NCBI RefSeq assembly: GCF_006345805.1 | Contig: NC_043005.1 | Span: 14,198,001 to 14,262,000, forward strand | DNA from: Octopus sinensis | Taxonomy: Eukaryota | Reading direction: 5' to 3' | Length of the DNA: 64,000 nt | Shown here: positions 38,230 to 50,334 of the stretch, piece after piece | Layout: every line of letters begins with the position of its first letter | Numbering within the stretch: the first letter of the stretch is position 1 | Translations under genes and position numbers: made by a program | Notes under the pieces: model-generated | Database searches by the model: none | Seen by the model: the letters and a program-made list of their open reading frames with translations, nothing else | What the model was told of the DNA's origin: nothing

Positions 38230-39760
38230 GGTGACAGGTTTACATAGCAAAGAGAATAGCAAAAGGAAAGAGATTTGCCAATGTTCTACAGCATGAGGAT
38301 CGAAGGCATGAGGTGTTCACGATTGCAAAACAGTGCATCAAATAGAACAGAGATGTTGTTGGTGAGAAACGTGTGTGAATGGATAATGGTATGCTTGCAC
38401 TTAGCGATTCTGAGAAGGAAGCTTCATGGAAATGCCACTATAAAAGGTTGCCAAATGTAGAGAATGTAAATATAGAACCAATCGAGGGACCAGCCATCAG
38501 AATCTACAGCAGTAAGATCGATAAGGTAATTAAGGATATGAAGACAGGGAAAGTTCTCGGACCATCAGGAATCACTGCTGAGATGCTTAAAATATCTGGC
38601 AGAGTGGGATGTGGCCTAGTCACTTGCATAAATTAATCAGGTTATCCAGGAAGGTGTCATGTCCAACAACTAGTGTAACAGTATTTTAGTTAGCTGCTAC
38701 AAGGATAAAGTTGATGCCTTAGATAAAAACAACTACAGATATATCAGACTCTAACTCTCATGAAAGTTACAGAGAGAGTTATAGCTCAATTGACTAAGAA
38801 CAGAATTAAACTAAAGGAAATGCAGTTTGGGAAGGGTACCACAGATGTCATCTTCCTAGTGAGACAACTGCAGGAGAAGTATCTGGCCAAAAGTAAACCA
38901 CTGTACTTAGCTTTCATCAACCTGGAGAAAGATTTTGTCAGAGTCTCTTGCTCTGTTGTCTGGTAGTCTCTAAGGATGTTAGGAGTAGATGAGTGGCTTG
39001 TTAGAGCTGTACATGCCATGTATAGTGGTGCTATCAGTAAGCTGAGTGTCAGCCAAGAGTACAGTGATGAATCTAGTGTACAGGTAGGGGTTCACTATGG
39101 CTCAGTCCTCAGTCCACTCTTATTCATCATAGTCCTCTAGGCCATAACAGACAAATTTAAAACTGGCTGCATGAAGGAACTACTGTGCTGATGACCTCAC
39201 CCCTATAACAGAATCTGTAACAGAATTGGAGAAGAAATTCCAGGTATGGAAGCAAAACCTGGAATCAAAGGGCCTTAAAATTAATCTAGTAAACATCAAA
39301 GTTGTTGACAGTAAGAAAGCAGATAAGACTCTCTTTCCATCAGGTAAATAGCCCGCTTGATATGTAGGAAAGGTGTTGGAAATTTCATTCATCATGCCCA
39401 ATACAAGCTATGGATACATAAGAGGTGCAGTGGAATCACAGGTAGATTCAATGAGGACGTCGTCTTCATATGTAGCAGATGCATAGGAACAATAAGAATT
39501 AAGAACACATGGGAATTAGACTCTCTCAAATGCCCAGGAGGCTCTCTTGAGGTTGTAGATATTGACCAAATTAGCAGTGGTGGAGGATGTTCTGAAAGTA
39601 TTGATGCTAGAATTAGAATAGGATGAAAGAAGTTCAGAGAGTTATTACCTCTGTTGGCATCAAAAGGACACTCTCTACATGGCACAATGCTGATGCTATG
39701 AAAAAAGCTACTCTGTAAAGTGGTTGGCATTAGAAAGGGGTATCCAGTCATAAAAACCAG
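38230..39760 (+). mobile_element. Decayed RTE-clade LINE (RT domain through 3' end)
   Basis: GPSGITAEMLK, GKGTTDVIFLVRQLQEKYLAKSKPLYLAFINLEK, VGVHYGSVLSPLLFIIVL, CADDL and WIHKRCSGI motifs. Ends in the family C-type tail GTGGTTGGCATTAGAAAGGGG-TATCCAG. Confidence 0.9.
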
Positions 39761-40319
39761 GCCAAAACAGACCTTGCCAGTGCTGGTGCTACATGAAAAT
39801 CAACTAGTACACTTTGTAAAGTGATTGACATCACCACATAATTGGGCTCGTCTGTCCTTTTGATAGAGCAATTAACCAGACCAATTTTAATTCTGTGGAT
39901 TCATAAACAGTTTAAGACAGCATGCATGTTTTACAACAAAATATATAAGTTAGCCAACAGATCTTTTACTTGTTTCACTCATTAGACTGTTGCCATGCTG
40001 GAGCACTGTCTTGAAAGGTTTGGTCAAACAAACCTACTCCAGTACTTATAAGTCTGGTACTTGTTCTACCAGTCTCTTTTGCTAAGCCACTTAATTACAG
40101 GAAAGTAAACAAACCAATACCAGCTGTCAAGTGGTAGCAGGGGATAAACACACACACACATGCAACAAGCTTCTTTTAGTTTCCATCTACCAAATCCACT
40201 TACAAAGCTTTGGTCAACCCAGGGTTATATTAGAAGAGACTTACCCAAAGTGCCACACATGGAGAGAAAAAGGAGTTAGTTGAATTAATTTCAATCCTGT
40301 GTTGGGATTTTATCAGTGA

Positions 40320-41230
40320 TCAAGGAACCATCAAGACATCATTCGAAAAAGTGCGCATGAAACGCATGTGGTGCACTTGCCCTTCCTTGGCACCAAGAAA
40401 GAGGAATGGAAATGTTACTATGATAGTTTGGTGACTAAGAATGCATGAGAGAGAGAGGAGGGTGTGTACACAAAGTAGACTCAACAGAGGAACAAGCTAT
40501 TTGAAGTTAGCTATATTGTTAAAAGCACAATTAACCCTTTTGTTACCAACCCGGCTGAAACCGGTTCTAGCAATGAGTACAAATGTCTTGTTTTCATAAG
40601 TTTTGAATTAAAATCTTCCACCAAACCTTAGTCACAGTTTATGTTCCTAATACTAGCTTAATGATAACCAAGTTATTTTACTAAATTCTTTGTTATATTT
40701 GAAGTAATTGAAAGAAACACAGAGCATCTCAAAATAAATACAGTAACGAAAGGGATGAGAGCAAGGGAAGCTGGACCATCAAGGATAGTCACTAAGATGC
40801 TGAAAATAACCTGTAAAGCAGAAAGAACATCTGTCTGTCAGTCACTTGGGTAGCACAGAATGAGTTAAACCCAATGACTGACATAACCTATCATCAACAA
40901 CTGCTACTAGGACAAAGGACACATTCTAGAAAAATGTATAAGTGACATAAAATTGATGGACCAGATAATGAAAGTAACAATAATAGCACAACAGACTAGG
41001 AGGAGAATTCGTATAGATGAATTACATTTTGAGTTTATACCTGGATGAGGGTACCGCCATTGGTCTCTTCTTAATAAGACAACCACAAGGGAAATTCTTA
41101 GCTAGGCCACCACTATATCTAGCTTTTGTCAACCTAGAGAAGGTGCCAAGCTGACCAAGAAGGATAATGTGGAAGACAAAAAGGTATGAAGAGATGGTAA
41201 AAGCTAGACTTAAGAAGCATAACATTACAA
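40320..41230 (+). mobile_element. Second, more decayed RTE LINE remnant, interrupted by a MITE
   Basis: Similar to the 38230-39760 element, e.g. GGACCATCAAGGATAGTCACTAAGATGCTGAAAATA and CCACTATATCTAGCTTTTGTCAACCTAGAGAAGG. Confidence 0.65.
40531..40758. mobile_element. piggyBac-like MITE, family 2
   Basis: TTAA-CCCTTTTGTTAC ... GTAACGAAAGGG. Reverse complement of the 13885-14113 copy. Confidence 0.8.
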
Positions 41231-43426
41231 AGGAAATGACATGACTGCAACAAATAGTTCAACACTGCACTAGACGAAACTCTTCCAACCTATACAAGCA
41301 GGGAAAAGCAGACTAAAATATTGAGCTACACTTATACATTCACATATACACACACATATATATATATGCATGCATACATACATGAATGTCCAAATACATA
41401 TACATTCATACACAGGCATTTATACATTATATATATATATATATATATACACATACATATATACATGCATGTTCATATAGATGTATGATCGCAGCATCCT
41501 GTATGCGTATGTGTATATAGATGTATACATATATAAACATATATACACATAAACATATATATATACATACATACATATAAACATATATACATATATACAC
41601 ATACACACAAATATATGCATACACGTATATATATATATGCGTAATATATATGTATGTATACATACATATATGTCACACCGATCGATGGCAAGAAAAAAGT
41701 GATTTTCATATTCTGTCATTAACCAATAATAATATCATAATATCCTCGTCTGTTCTTCGTGTACGGGGGTGGGAGGTAAAGAATCCGATCGTTTTTTGTT
41801 TTTACTTTTCTATTTTTTATTCAATAAATGCAATTGACATACGATATAATCCTTAATTACTCTCCACAGAATACAGAACCCATGCAGATAGTAATTACTA
41901 AAAAGACTGACCAGGTAAAGAACACGCTACAACACTGACGTAGTCGAACATACAGGATGCTGCGATCATCGTCGGCTTTTAATTGCTTTAAGCATATTAA
42001 TATTTACAGTAACAAATCCATGAGCCTTTGAATATCTTTAAGGCTCTCATACTGGGAAATTATCTATTATTCAGTCCATACATACATACATACATGGATA
42101 GATAAATACACACAGACAGACAGATAGACGTACGAGTCTGATTTTTGTTATAAAGCGGGAGTTATGTCAACTGACTCAATTTTATCAATTGTGCTTTATT
42201 TTATCAATACTATAGATAAATGTTAAAGATATTTTCAGAGACTAGAACAAGCAGTCTCTAATATATCGATCCCTCTCGTCTATGACCGGTACCGTTATTT
42301 CACCGACTACGAAAGAATGAAAGCCAAAGTTGACCTCAGACCGTAAAGGGCCGCAACTGAATACCGCAAGGTATTTCGTCCAATAAACAATAATTATAAT
42401 TTCTTAAGACACAAAATTAGAAATCGGACGGTGGAGGTAAATCGATTTAATCGATGATTCTCAGAGCTTGACAAGTATTTTATTGCATCGATTCCTGAAA
42501 GATGAACTGCAAAGTGAACCTCGACGAGATTTGAACTCAGCACGTAAAGCACTGCAACATACACTGCTCTGAAACGATCGGCCAACCACCCGCCCTTTTA
42601 TAAAAATAATTAATTTGATTTTGATATGGGCACAAAAGACTACGTTTTTCTTTCTTTTTCTTTTGGTAGGGGGGGGATGATTAACTGAATAAATGTACCC
42701 CAGTACTTGACTGGCACTTTATCGTTTCCAGAAGGATGAAAAGCCTTCAAATACTGAAATCAAAAACATCGCCTAATTCCTTCCTCAAAATCTCAGGATT
42801 TGAACGTATAAGAATTTAGTCCAGTGCTCTACACATTTCTTTCGACTAGACAGAAGTAGAATGAGGGGTATATAATCGATTGTTGCAATCATCAACATAT
42901 TTTTTTTTTTACTTGACCTCTGGGTAGGAAGAAAGCAACCCTGAGAAATATTGATAGCACTTGCGATGCCTTGCCATGTATATACATATAGCTGTGTCCC
43001 TTGGTATTTTACGTTTAAATACCACCACCGAACGTTTAGCATTTTTTTTTTATCTTCCTGGGATCGAGATAGGTCGATCAAAATCAATTACTAATCAAGT
43101 ATTGAAAAGGGAGATGAGAACAATATCTCCATCTACCCTCAAAAAATATTCGTGATCATTTTTGCCTATTAGAAATCAATGAAGATTGTGATTGTTTAAC
43201 CCCAAGTCACCCAATATTTACGATCAAACACATAACTTAATTTCAAGCATAATGTAGTCTATGAGCACTCTCTATCTATCTATTATCTCTCTAATGGTAT
43301 AATGTGATTTGAAGATTTAGCTGTTATTTCTAGCATACTAAGCGACCACGTAGAGGCTCGTTCGTTGGTTCGACTGATGTCTGTGCTGTTGATGAAGAAA
43401 GAATTAAATTGCCGGTTAATACTTAC

Positions 43427-43540
43427 GGTGTGGTTAATGCCCCACATAAAGACACTGAGGAGAGGTTCATTAGCTCTGAACAGCTTCACTTTTTGTTGGA
43501 CAGTTTTCATTTTAAGGTGCTTCCTTTTGGCACTAGCCAT
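43427..43540 (-). CDS. PIP4K2: First coding exon (38 aa, phase 0) of phosphatidylinositol-5-phosphate 4-kinase type II
   Basis: [38 protein letters not shown] matches the diagnostic N-terminal [22 protein letters not shown] motif of PIP4K. Followed immediately by a consensus GTAAGT donor. Downstream exons were not found in the window. Confidence 0.95.
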
Positions 43541-43824
43541 GTCTGTTGGTTTATTGTTTGGTTGGTTCCTTTATTATTCCTAAATGATCACAAAATTCGA
43601 GGGTCGGGAGAGAGAGAGAAATCACTCACAGACTCACCACAAAAAAAAACAAGATAAATTAGAGCAGGTGCAGTGTTTGGAATTCTATCACAGCAGCCTG
43701 CACAAGACTTTCAGCTAAAATAACCAGACATCCTCCAGTGGGGGATGAGAATTAAAGTGATGCTGTTCGTATACAGTTAAGTACATACAACTGTGTGGGA
43801 GTGTGTAGATAGTGGTATATATGT

Positions 43825-43860
<36 letters not shown>

Positions 43861-44003
43861 GTATGTGTGTGTATGTATGTATGTATTTATGCAACTGAGA
43901 CGTGTGGAATCGTATAACGGTGGGAAATGGTGTTCAGTAGAAATACAGATATTCACATATACATATGTGGGTATGTGTATATATATACATATATATATGA
44001 ATG

Positions 44004-44056
<53 letters not shown>

Positions 44057-45100
44057 ATATGTTTATATTACAAGTGAATATAAATCCGCCTCTTATAAAG
44101 CAGATGGTTTCAGATTATGACAGATCTTTGTCGGGTTCTGCTTTTGTTTTGTTTTGATTTTTTGTTTTTCTTTTTGTTTTGGTTTTGGTTTTTCTCCTTT
44201 TAAATCCTGTTTCGTGAGTCATATAATAAATCCCAATACGAAGGAACGAGAAAGCATGTTGTTGTTGTTGTTCTTGTGTTACTGTTGTAGTGGCGGCGGC
44301 AGTGGTTGTGGAGTGTTGCTTTTTGCTTTTTGATGTTTGTTCTTAAATATATCAGAGGAGGCGGTGCGGTGTTTTCAGATGATGAATACCGCGATTTCAA
44401 AATAAAAAAAGTCAACTCTTAAAGTAAATCCATAAAGGAACAAATATACAAATACAAATACAAAACCAAAATACAACAAACAAGTCCACCCCTGGACAGT
44501 TCAGCTATTGAAAAGGGGTTTGTTGTTTGGTTCTCTCTCTATCTCTCGTTCCCTTAATTTTTTCTTCTCTTTCTCCCTTTCAAACTATCGCTTGACTCGG
44601 TATAAATGTTTGGTTTGGTTTTTGTGGGTTTTTTAACTCTTTCAAGCGCTAAACTATGTTTTTCTTATTGTTTCTTAACGATAAACCGTATTCAGGTTTA
44701 CGTTTGTTTTGCTCCACGGATGAATAATCCTCCATAATTAATTAATTATCCGTCTTCAATTTCTCCGTTGGATTCTTTGAAAATTTGACAGACAGACAGA
44801 CAGACAGATAGGTAGGTAGGTAAATAGATAGATATACAAACACACATATATATATATATGTATGTGTGTGTAATTACAGAGCTGTGTGTCTTCCAAGACA
44901 AGTGAGTGGACAAAAGTGATGGAGGTTAATAAATGAATAGCAAACGGGGGAAAGAGAGAAAGAGTGGGAGGTGGGAGAAAAACAAAATGTTCTTCCAGTG
45001 GATAAGTGGTGTCTGCCCAAAACACACCACTGGCCAGGGATTGTACCGCTGGTCTGTCCTACTTATTTCACTGTCGCCCCTGGCCGTCACTTTTACTCCT
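43541..45100 (-). promoter_or_regulatory. PIP4K2 5' UTR / promoter region (CpG-retaining)
   Basis: Directly upstream of the ATG, with elevated CpG and no intact repeats. The transcription start cannot be placed from sequence alone. Confidence 0.5.
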
Positions 45101-45187
45101 CCACTTGTCTAAGTACTATACCAAAATGGCGATGATTTCTCTGGATTTCCCAGCAGGCCTTGCCAGATTCTATTTCCAAGGGAGATC

Positions 45188-45680
45188 ACTGCACTGTGTT
45201 TTTTTTTTCCCCCTTAACACTATCACTACTTTCTCTCATGGTTTGCAAACAGCAGAGCTTCCAATTCCCACCACTCTCTGTCTCTCACTCTGCCTCTCTC
45301 TCTATCTCTCTCTCTGTCTCACTCTTCCTCTCTCTCTCTGTCTCTCTGCCTATCTCTCTTTGTTTCTCTGCCTATCTCTCTCTATCTCTCTGCCTATCTC
45401 TCTCTGTCGCTCTGCCTACCTCTCTCTGTCTCTCTGCCTATCTCTCTCTGTTTCTCTGCATCTCTCTCATCCTCGGTCTTTAACTGCACTGTTTTTTTTC
45501 CCCCAACACTATCACTACTTTCTCTCATGGTGCAGACAGCAGAGCTTCCAATTTCCACCACTCTCCCTCTCTCTCTCTCTCTCTGCCTATCTCTCTCTGC
45601 CTATCTCTCTCTGACTCTCTGTCTATCTCTCTCTGTCTCTCTGCCTCTCTCTCCTCCTCGGTCTGTCTCTCTTCATCTTC
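45188..45680. repeat. Duplicated polypyrimidine (CT/CTGC/CTAT) low-complexity tract
   Basis: The segment CACTG...AACACTATCACTACTTTCTCTCATGG...CAGCAGAGCTTCCAATT recurs at ~45190 and ~45485, each copy followed by CT-rich repeats. Confidence 0.9.
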
Positions 45681-46269
45681 TTTCTCTATCTCATTATTTT
45701 CGTGCTAGGGCGACAAGTTGTTAATGTTTAGCCTGAAGTCAGCCCTAAATGAGAAGAACTATGATAAAAGGCGTCCCAACCTTGACCACCTTGTTTTTTT
45801 TTTACGGTAGTAAATGAATTGGAGGAAATTTAGCTTCTATCTCTAGCCGATAGCGTAATGGTGCAGAGGCACCCAGAAGTTAGCAAAAAAGGTATAGCCA
45901 TAAGGTTGTATTAAATATGTTTCACTTTATTTGTTTGGTTTCATTCCACTACATTCTGAGTTCAAAATTCTTCTGGGATTATTTTTTTGCCATTGCGAAA
46001 TTGATTAAAGAGAGTACCAGTAATATATTACAATTAATTGTACTTCTTCCCTTTTACTGTTGTCTTCCTCCTCCTTCTCTTCGAATTAATAAAATAAAGA
46101 AGAATCATTATTCATTGGTTTCATTCATTGATTGTAACTAAAAATTTTTTCCGCATTCTGGTATGACATTGTTATTGTTTAACACCAGGTCAGCCCTGAA
46201 TGAGCAGCCCATGATCAAAGACATTCCAAACAGGACCACCCTGACTGTTTAGAAGTAAGGAATATTTTA

Positions 46270-46412
46270 TCCTATTTCTTAATTACCCACAAGGGGCTAA
46301 ACATAGAAGGGACAAACAAAGACAGACATAGGTATTAAGTCGATTACTTCGGCCCCAGTGCGTAACTGGTACTTTATCGACCCCAAAAGGATGAAAGGCA
46401 AAGTCGACCCAA
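46270..46412 (-). mobile_element. SINE family A, 5'-truncated
   Basis: Tail and central domain of family A only. Confidence 0.8.
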
Positions 46413-46688
46413 TGCAGCATACCTTTCTCAAGGTAGTGGAGGTGTACATTTGAGGGAGATTTAGTTGTTATTTCCAGTAGATCGAGCGACAAGGTCTAAG
46501 ACCTCACAGAAATAGCAGAGGGAGAGCAATGGACAGAGATCACCAATGCAGAAATGGGACCCTTACAGCTAGCAATGGAGATAGGAAGTAGCTGAATCCA
46601 AGACAATGAAAAAGAAACAGAAAGTGTTAATGAGAATCATAAAGACTTTTCTACATGAGGATTATAGCCAGATTGACAATTAACAATT

Positions 46689-47067
46689 GGATGGAATGGA
46701 AGCACTCCGTCGGTTATGACGACGAGGGTTCCGGTTGATCCGAATCAACGGAACAGCCTGCTCGTGAAATTAACGTGTAAGTGGCTGAGCACTCCACAGA
46801 CACGTGCACCCTTAACGTAGTTCTCGGGGATATTCAGCGTGACAAGGCCGGCCCCTTGAAATACAGGTACAACAGAAACAGGAAGTAAGAGTGAGACAAA
46901 GTTGTGGTGAAAGAGTACAGCAGGGATCACCACCATCCCCTGCCGGAGCCTCGTAGAGCTTTGGGTGTTTTCGCTCAATAAACACTCACAACGCCCGGTC
47001 TGGGAATCGAAATCGCGATCCTATGACCGCGAGTCCGCTGCCCTAACCACTGGGCCATTGCGCCTCC
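46689..47067 (-). mobile_element. tRNA(Arg)-like-headed SINE, family E, full length with 13-bp TSD
   Basis: Head GGCGCAATGGCCCAGTGGTTAGGGCAGCGGACTCGCGG...TTCGATTCCC. Exact TSD ACAATTAACAATT at 46676-46688 and 47068-47080. Confidence 0.9.
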
Positions 47068-48158
47068 ACAATTAACAATTAAGACAGTTGAAGAGGGGAT
47101 AAACTCAGTGTGTGTTTTTGTGTGCACATGTGTTTTTGTAAAAGAGAGAAAGATGAAAATTTATCCCAGTAACAGCCAGTGAAAGTGCCATGTGTATTTC
47201 AGCCACTACTGGAACTAATTTTCGTCTCTTTCTGATAATTTATTGTGTTTTTAACAGAGCAAGTCTATAAGAGACGTTATCTCAGGACAAATACAGCAAT
47301 AACTGGCCTATCAACTGTATATGTATATATGTTGCATTTATGATAAAATAAACATATACAAATTATAAAAATAAAAAAAATATACAGTACACTACTGATT
47401 CTACATTGTAGATTTTCACCTATCACAGGGGGTTTCAGAACATAACACCCACGATAGTTGAGGGCTTACTGTGCACATATATATGTATGAATGCATGTAC
47501 ACATGCACAAACTCATATTCTAAGCCGGTGGCTCACTTGGAGTTTCTGGCTACATATCTTTCAGATCTAAAAGATGACACATAGTGAAGTTGTTCCCATT
47601 AACACTGGGCTGACTGATACTATATGTGTTGGGATACCTAGTACAGTAAGGCTTGTCATGGAGTCAATAAGGTGCTTATTGTTCACTAGCAGAAAGGTAG
47701 AGAGCTGGCAAAATTGTTACCACACTGACCAAAATGCTTACCAGAATTTCTTCTATCTTTACATTCTGAGATCAGATGCTGCCAAGGTCAACTTTGCCTT
47801 TCATCCTCTCAGGATTGATAAAATTAGTGCCAATTGAGCAAGGAGTCAAGGTAATCAATTAATCTTTTCCCAAAAAATTTCAGGCCTTGTGCCATGATTA
47901 AAAAGGATTATTCACTAACAATCCAAATTGATGAAGGAAATAAGTTCTAATGGCATGGGTAAATCACACTGCATATCCATCTGAAATATCATGGAAAGGC
48001 ATTGTCTCTTATGACACACATGAATGACTTAAATTGCATATATCTATTCTTGTTGCCATCAAGTAATGTGTACTAGTCTTCCTGAACATTCTGAGATTAT
48101 TTTTTTACCATTTCAAACTTGATTCAAGTAGGTACCAGAAATATATTACAATTAATTG

Positions 48159-48729
48159 TATTGAGTTGTCCGGAAACTTCGTGCCGATTTATAGTAGCTT
48201 ACCTTTCGAATTATTTAAGAACATGGTTTGAGTCCATAAAATAGGATTTGACTACACCTCCATTTAGAGCATAGTTTAAGCTATCTTTTCATGGAAGAAG
48301 GTTTATGTTCCTATAACCTGTGTTAATTCTCTAACCCTTTAAAATGGAAGATAAGAAAGTTCATTTTTGGTACCTGATACTTTGGGAATCAGACAAAAAT
48401 TGCTGCAGCTTGGCTGGGATGTGTTACCCCACCCTCCATATTCACCAGATATTGCTCCTTCAGATTTCCACTTACTCAGGTCTCTGCAGAATAGTCTTAA
48501 TGGTAAAAATTTCAATTCCTTGGATGACGTAAAAAGATACCTTGATGAATTCTTTGCCATGAAACCACCTCAATTCTGGGAAGAGGATATTTTCAAGTTA
48601 AAGGAAAGATGGAGACGCATTGTGCAACAAAATGGTTCATATTTGGTTGATTAAAAATGTAATGGCAAGTACCTATTGACCTTTTTCTTAAATTTAAAAG
48701 TCAGCACGAACTTTCCGGACAACCTAATA
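48159..48729 (+). mobile_element. Internally deleted mariner element (~570 bp)
   Basis: TA-TTGAGTTGTCCGGAAACTTCGTGCCGA ... GCACGAACTTTCCGGACAACCTAA-TA TIRs. MEDKKVHF is fused to the C-terminal LPHPPYSPDIAPSDFHL...KERWRRIVQQNGSY. Confidence 0.95.
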
Positions 48730-49149
48730 CTTCTTCCCATTTACAGTTGTCTTTTTCCTCCTTCTCCACTAATTAATAGAATAAAGAAGAATCATTGTTC
48801 ATTTATTTTAATTAAATTTTTTTCCCATTCCAGTTCGACAGATCATTGTTGTTGTTTAGCCTTGGGTCAGCCCTGAATGAGCAGTCCATGATCAAAGGCA
48901 TTCCATCCCCATTGAAACAGGGCCAGGTAGGATAGTCATCACTAATCTTGGCTGAGCCATCTTCCTAATTTGAATGAGGATGGATCTCATATGAACAAGG
49001 TTGATGCAATAAAATGTACAGTCATCAAATTTGCTATAATATTAGCATTGCCATCTTTCCTAACTGAGCAAAGGGTTATGTAGTTATTATTACAGGAATT
49101 CTTTCTCCTGCTATAGAAAGGGCTACGTCCCCTGCTTTGTGGCCTCTGC

Positions 49150-49690
49150 CACTGCTGATGTAACTCTGCTGTAAATGCCAGTATTAAGGTTGCTTAAAGA
49201 TGTCTGTCTGTGGTGTAAGAGATGGAGTCTGTGTCACAGGTTGCATATGTGCTACAAAGGACAAGGATGAAAAGCCTTCCCTAGTCTTGGCCTCCAATTT
49301 AGCCAATGATGGTTCTTAGTCTTAGAAAAATTGTACATTCATTGGAAGTCCATAGAGGAATATTATGTTGGCATCCACTAAATTATTTTCTCCAAGTAAC
49401 TGATGCATATTTTGCAGGAACCCAGAATCTTTAAGATTGTCCAACTCTTCCAAAATGAGATTATACAACCGCTTCGGTTCAATGGAAAACAGCTTGATAT
49501 ATAAGTCCCTTCTTCAGAATTGTGCAACTTTTATTGTGTGGCTGCTTGATGATTAGATCTCTTACTTCTTGTGCTAATCTTACTGAAAGGAACTAAATAA
49601 TGTAAGCTGAATGTGTAGCTTCTTTTGTTTCATGTGAAGAACTCAGCCTGTGAAAAACAGAGATCTGGGTCATGACACCAGAAGGAAGTA
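49150..49690 (-). pseudogene. Gypsy-type LTR retrotransposon gag remnant
   Basis: Frameshifted fragments WCHDPDLCFSQAE, AQEVRDLIIKQP and LQNMHQLLGENNLVDANIIFLYGLPMNVQ follow the FWxxDPxLWFxQxE...EVRDLI...LP gag pattern. Confidence 0.6.
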
Positions 49691-50334
49691 ACTTTGAGTT
49701 TATGGTTGACTAAAAAAAAAATCAAGCATTGTTTGAGATATGGTGAAAGCAGTAAGTTTGAACTCAGATGAGAAAATTTCAGCTATTTTTGTTAACAAGA
49801 CTGTTCAATGAAAGATCAAGGTTACCTGAGTAGAGCAATGCAAAAAAATATCAATGAACTTGTAAAGGAATGCATTGCCCAATTATGTAAAAAAATTTTT
49901 TTTAAACTACCTATAAACCCATACTCACAAATCAGAAAAAAAAAAATGTCTGATTCAAAGCTGGTTTGAAAATTAAGAGTCACCAATTGCATAACATTGA
50001 GGACTGTTCAGAAATAACAATCCTACATTATATATGTTTTCTTTTATTCTCCACATACCAACAGAAGACAGACCTCATCTAGTATTATTGGTACAGTAAA
50101 CCACAATAGTTAAATAGCATGAGGTTTGTGAGAACAGGTTTGAAATAGGACAATAATTCAAGCATAGAATATAATCAGTTTCAATTTGCAAAGTAAAGAT
50201 ACAATTTACATAAAAGGTTATGGAAATGTACACATTCCTGTTTTGCAAAGTTAACTCAGCAATTTATGTTATTGAGAAAAGGGTTATTAATATAGTAATT
50301 TATGTTGTAGAAAAAGGGTTATTAGTATAATTTA

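Noticed and set aside
45006-45614. 202-aa ORF, the longest in the track
   Set aside because: It reads through CT-rich low-complexity repeats (LCLSL...) with no domain signal.
46990-47067. tRNA genes here and at ~36700-36775 and other SINE heads
   Set aside because: The A/B-box-like heads continue into SINE bodies with tails and TSDs, and no complete cloverleaf is evident.
48367-48654. Mariner transposase ORF as a functional gene (also 52469-52699)
   Set aside because: Only the C-terminal ~90 aa remain after an internal deletion; most of the DNA-binding and catalytic domains are missing.
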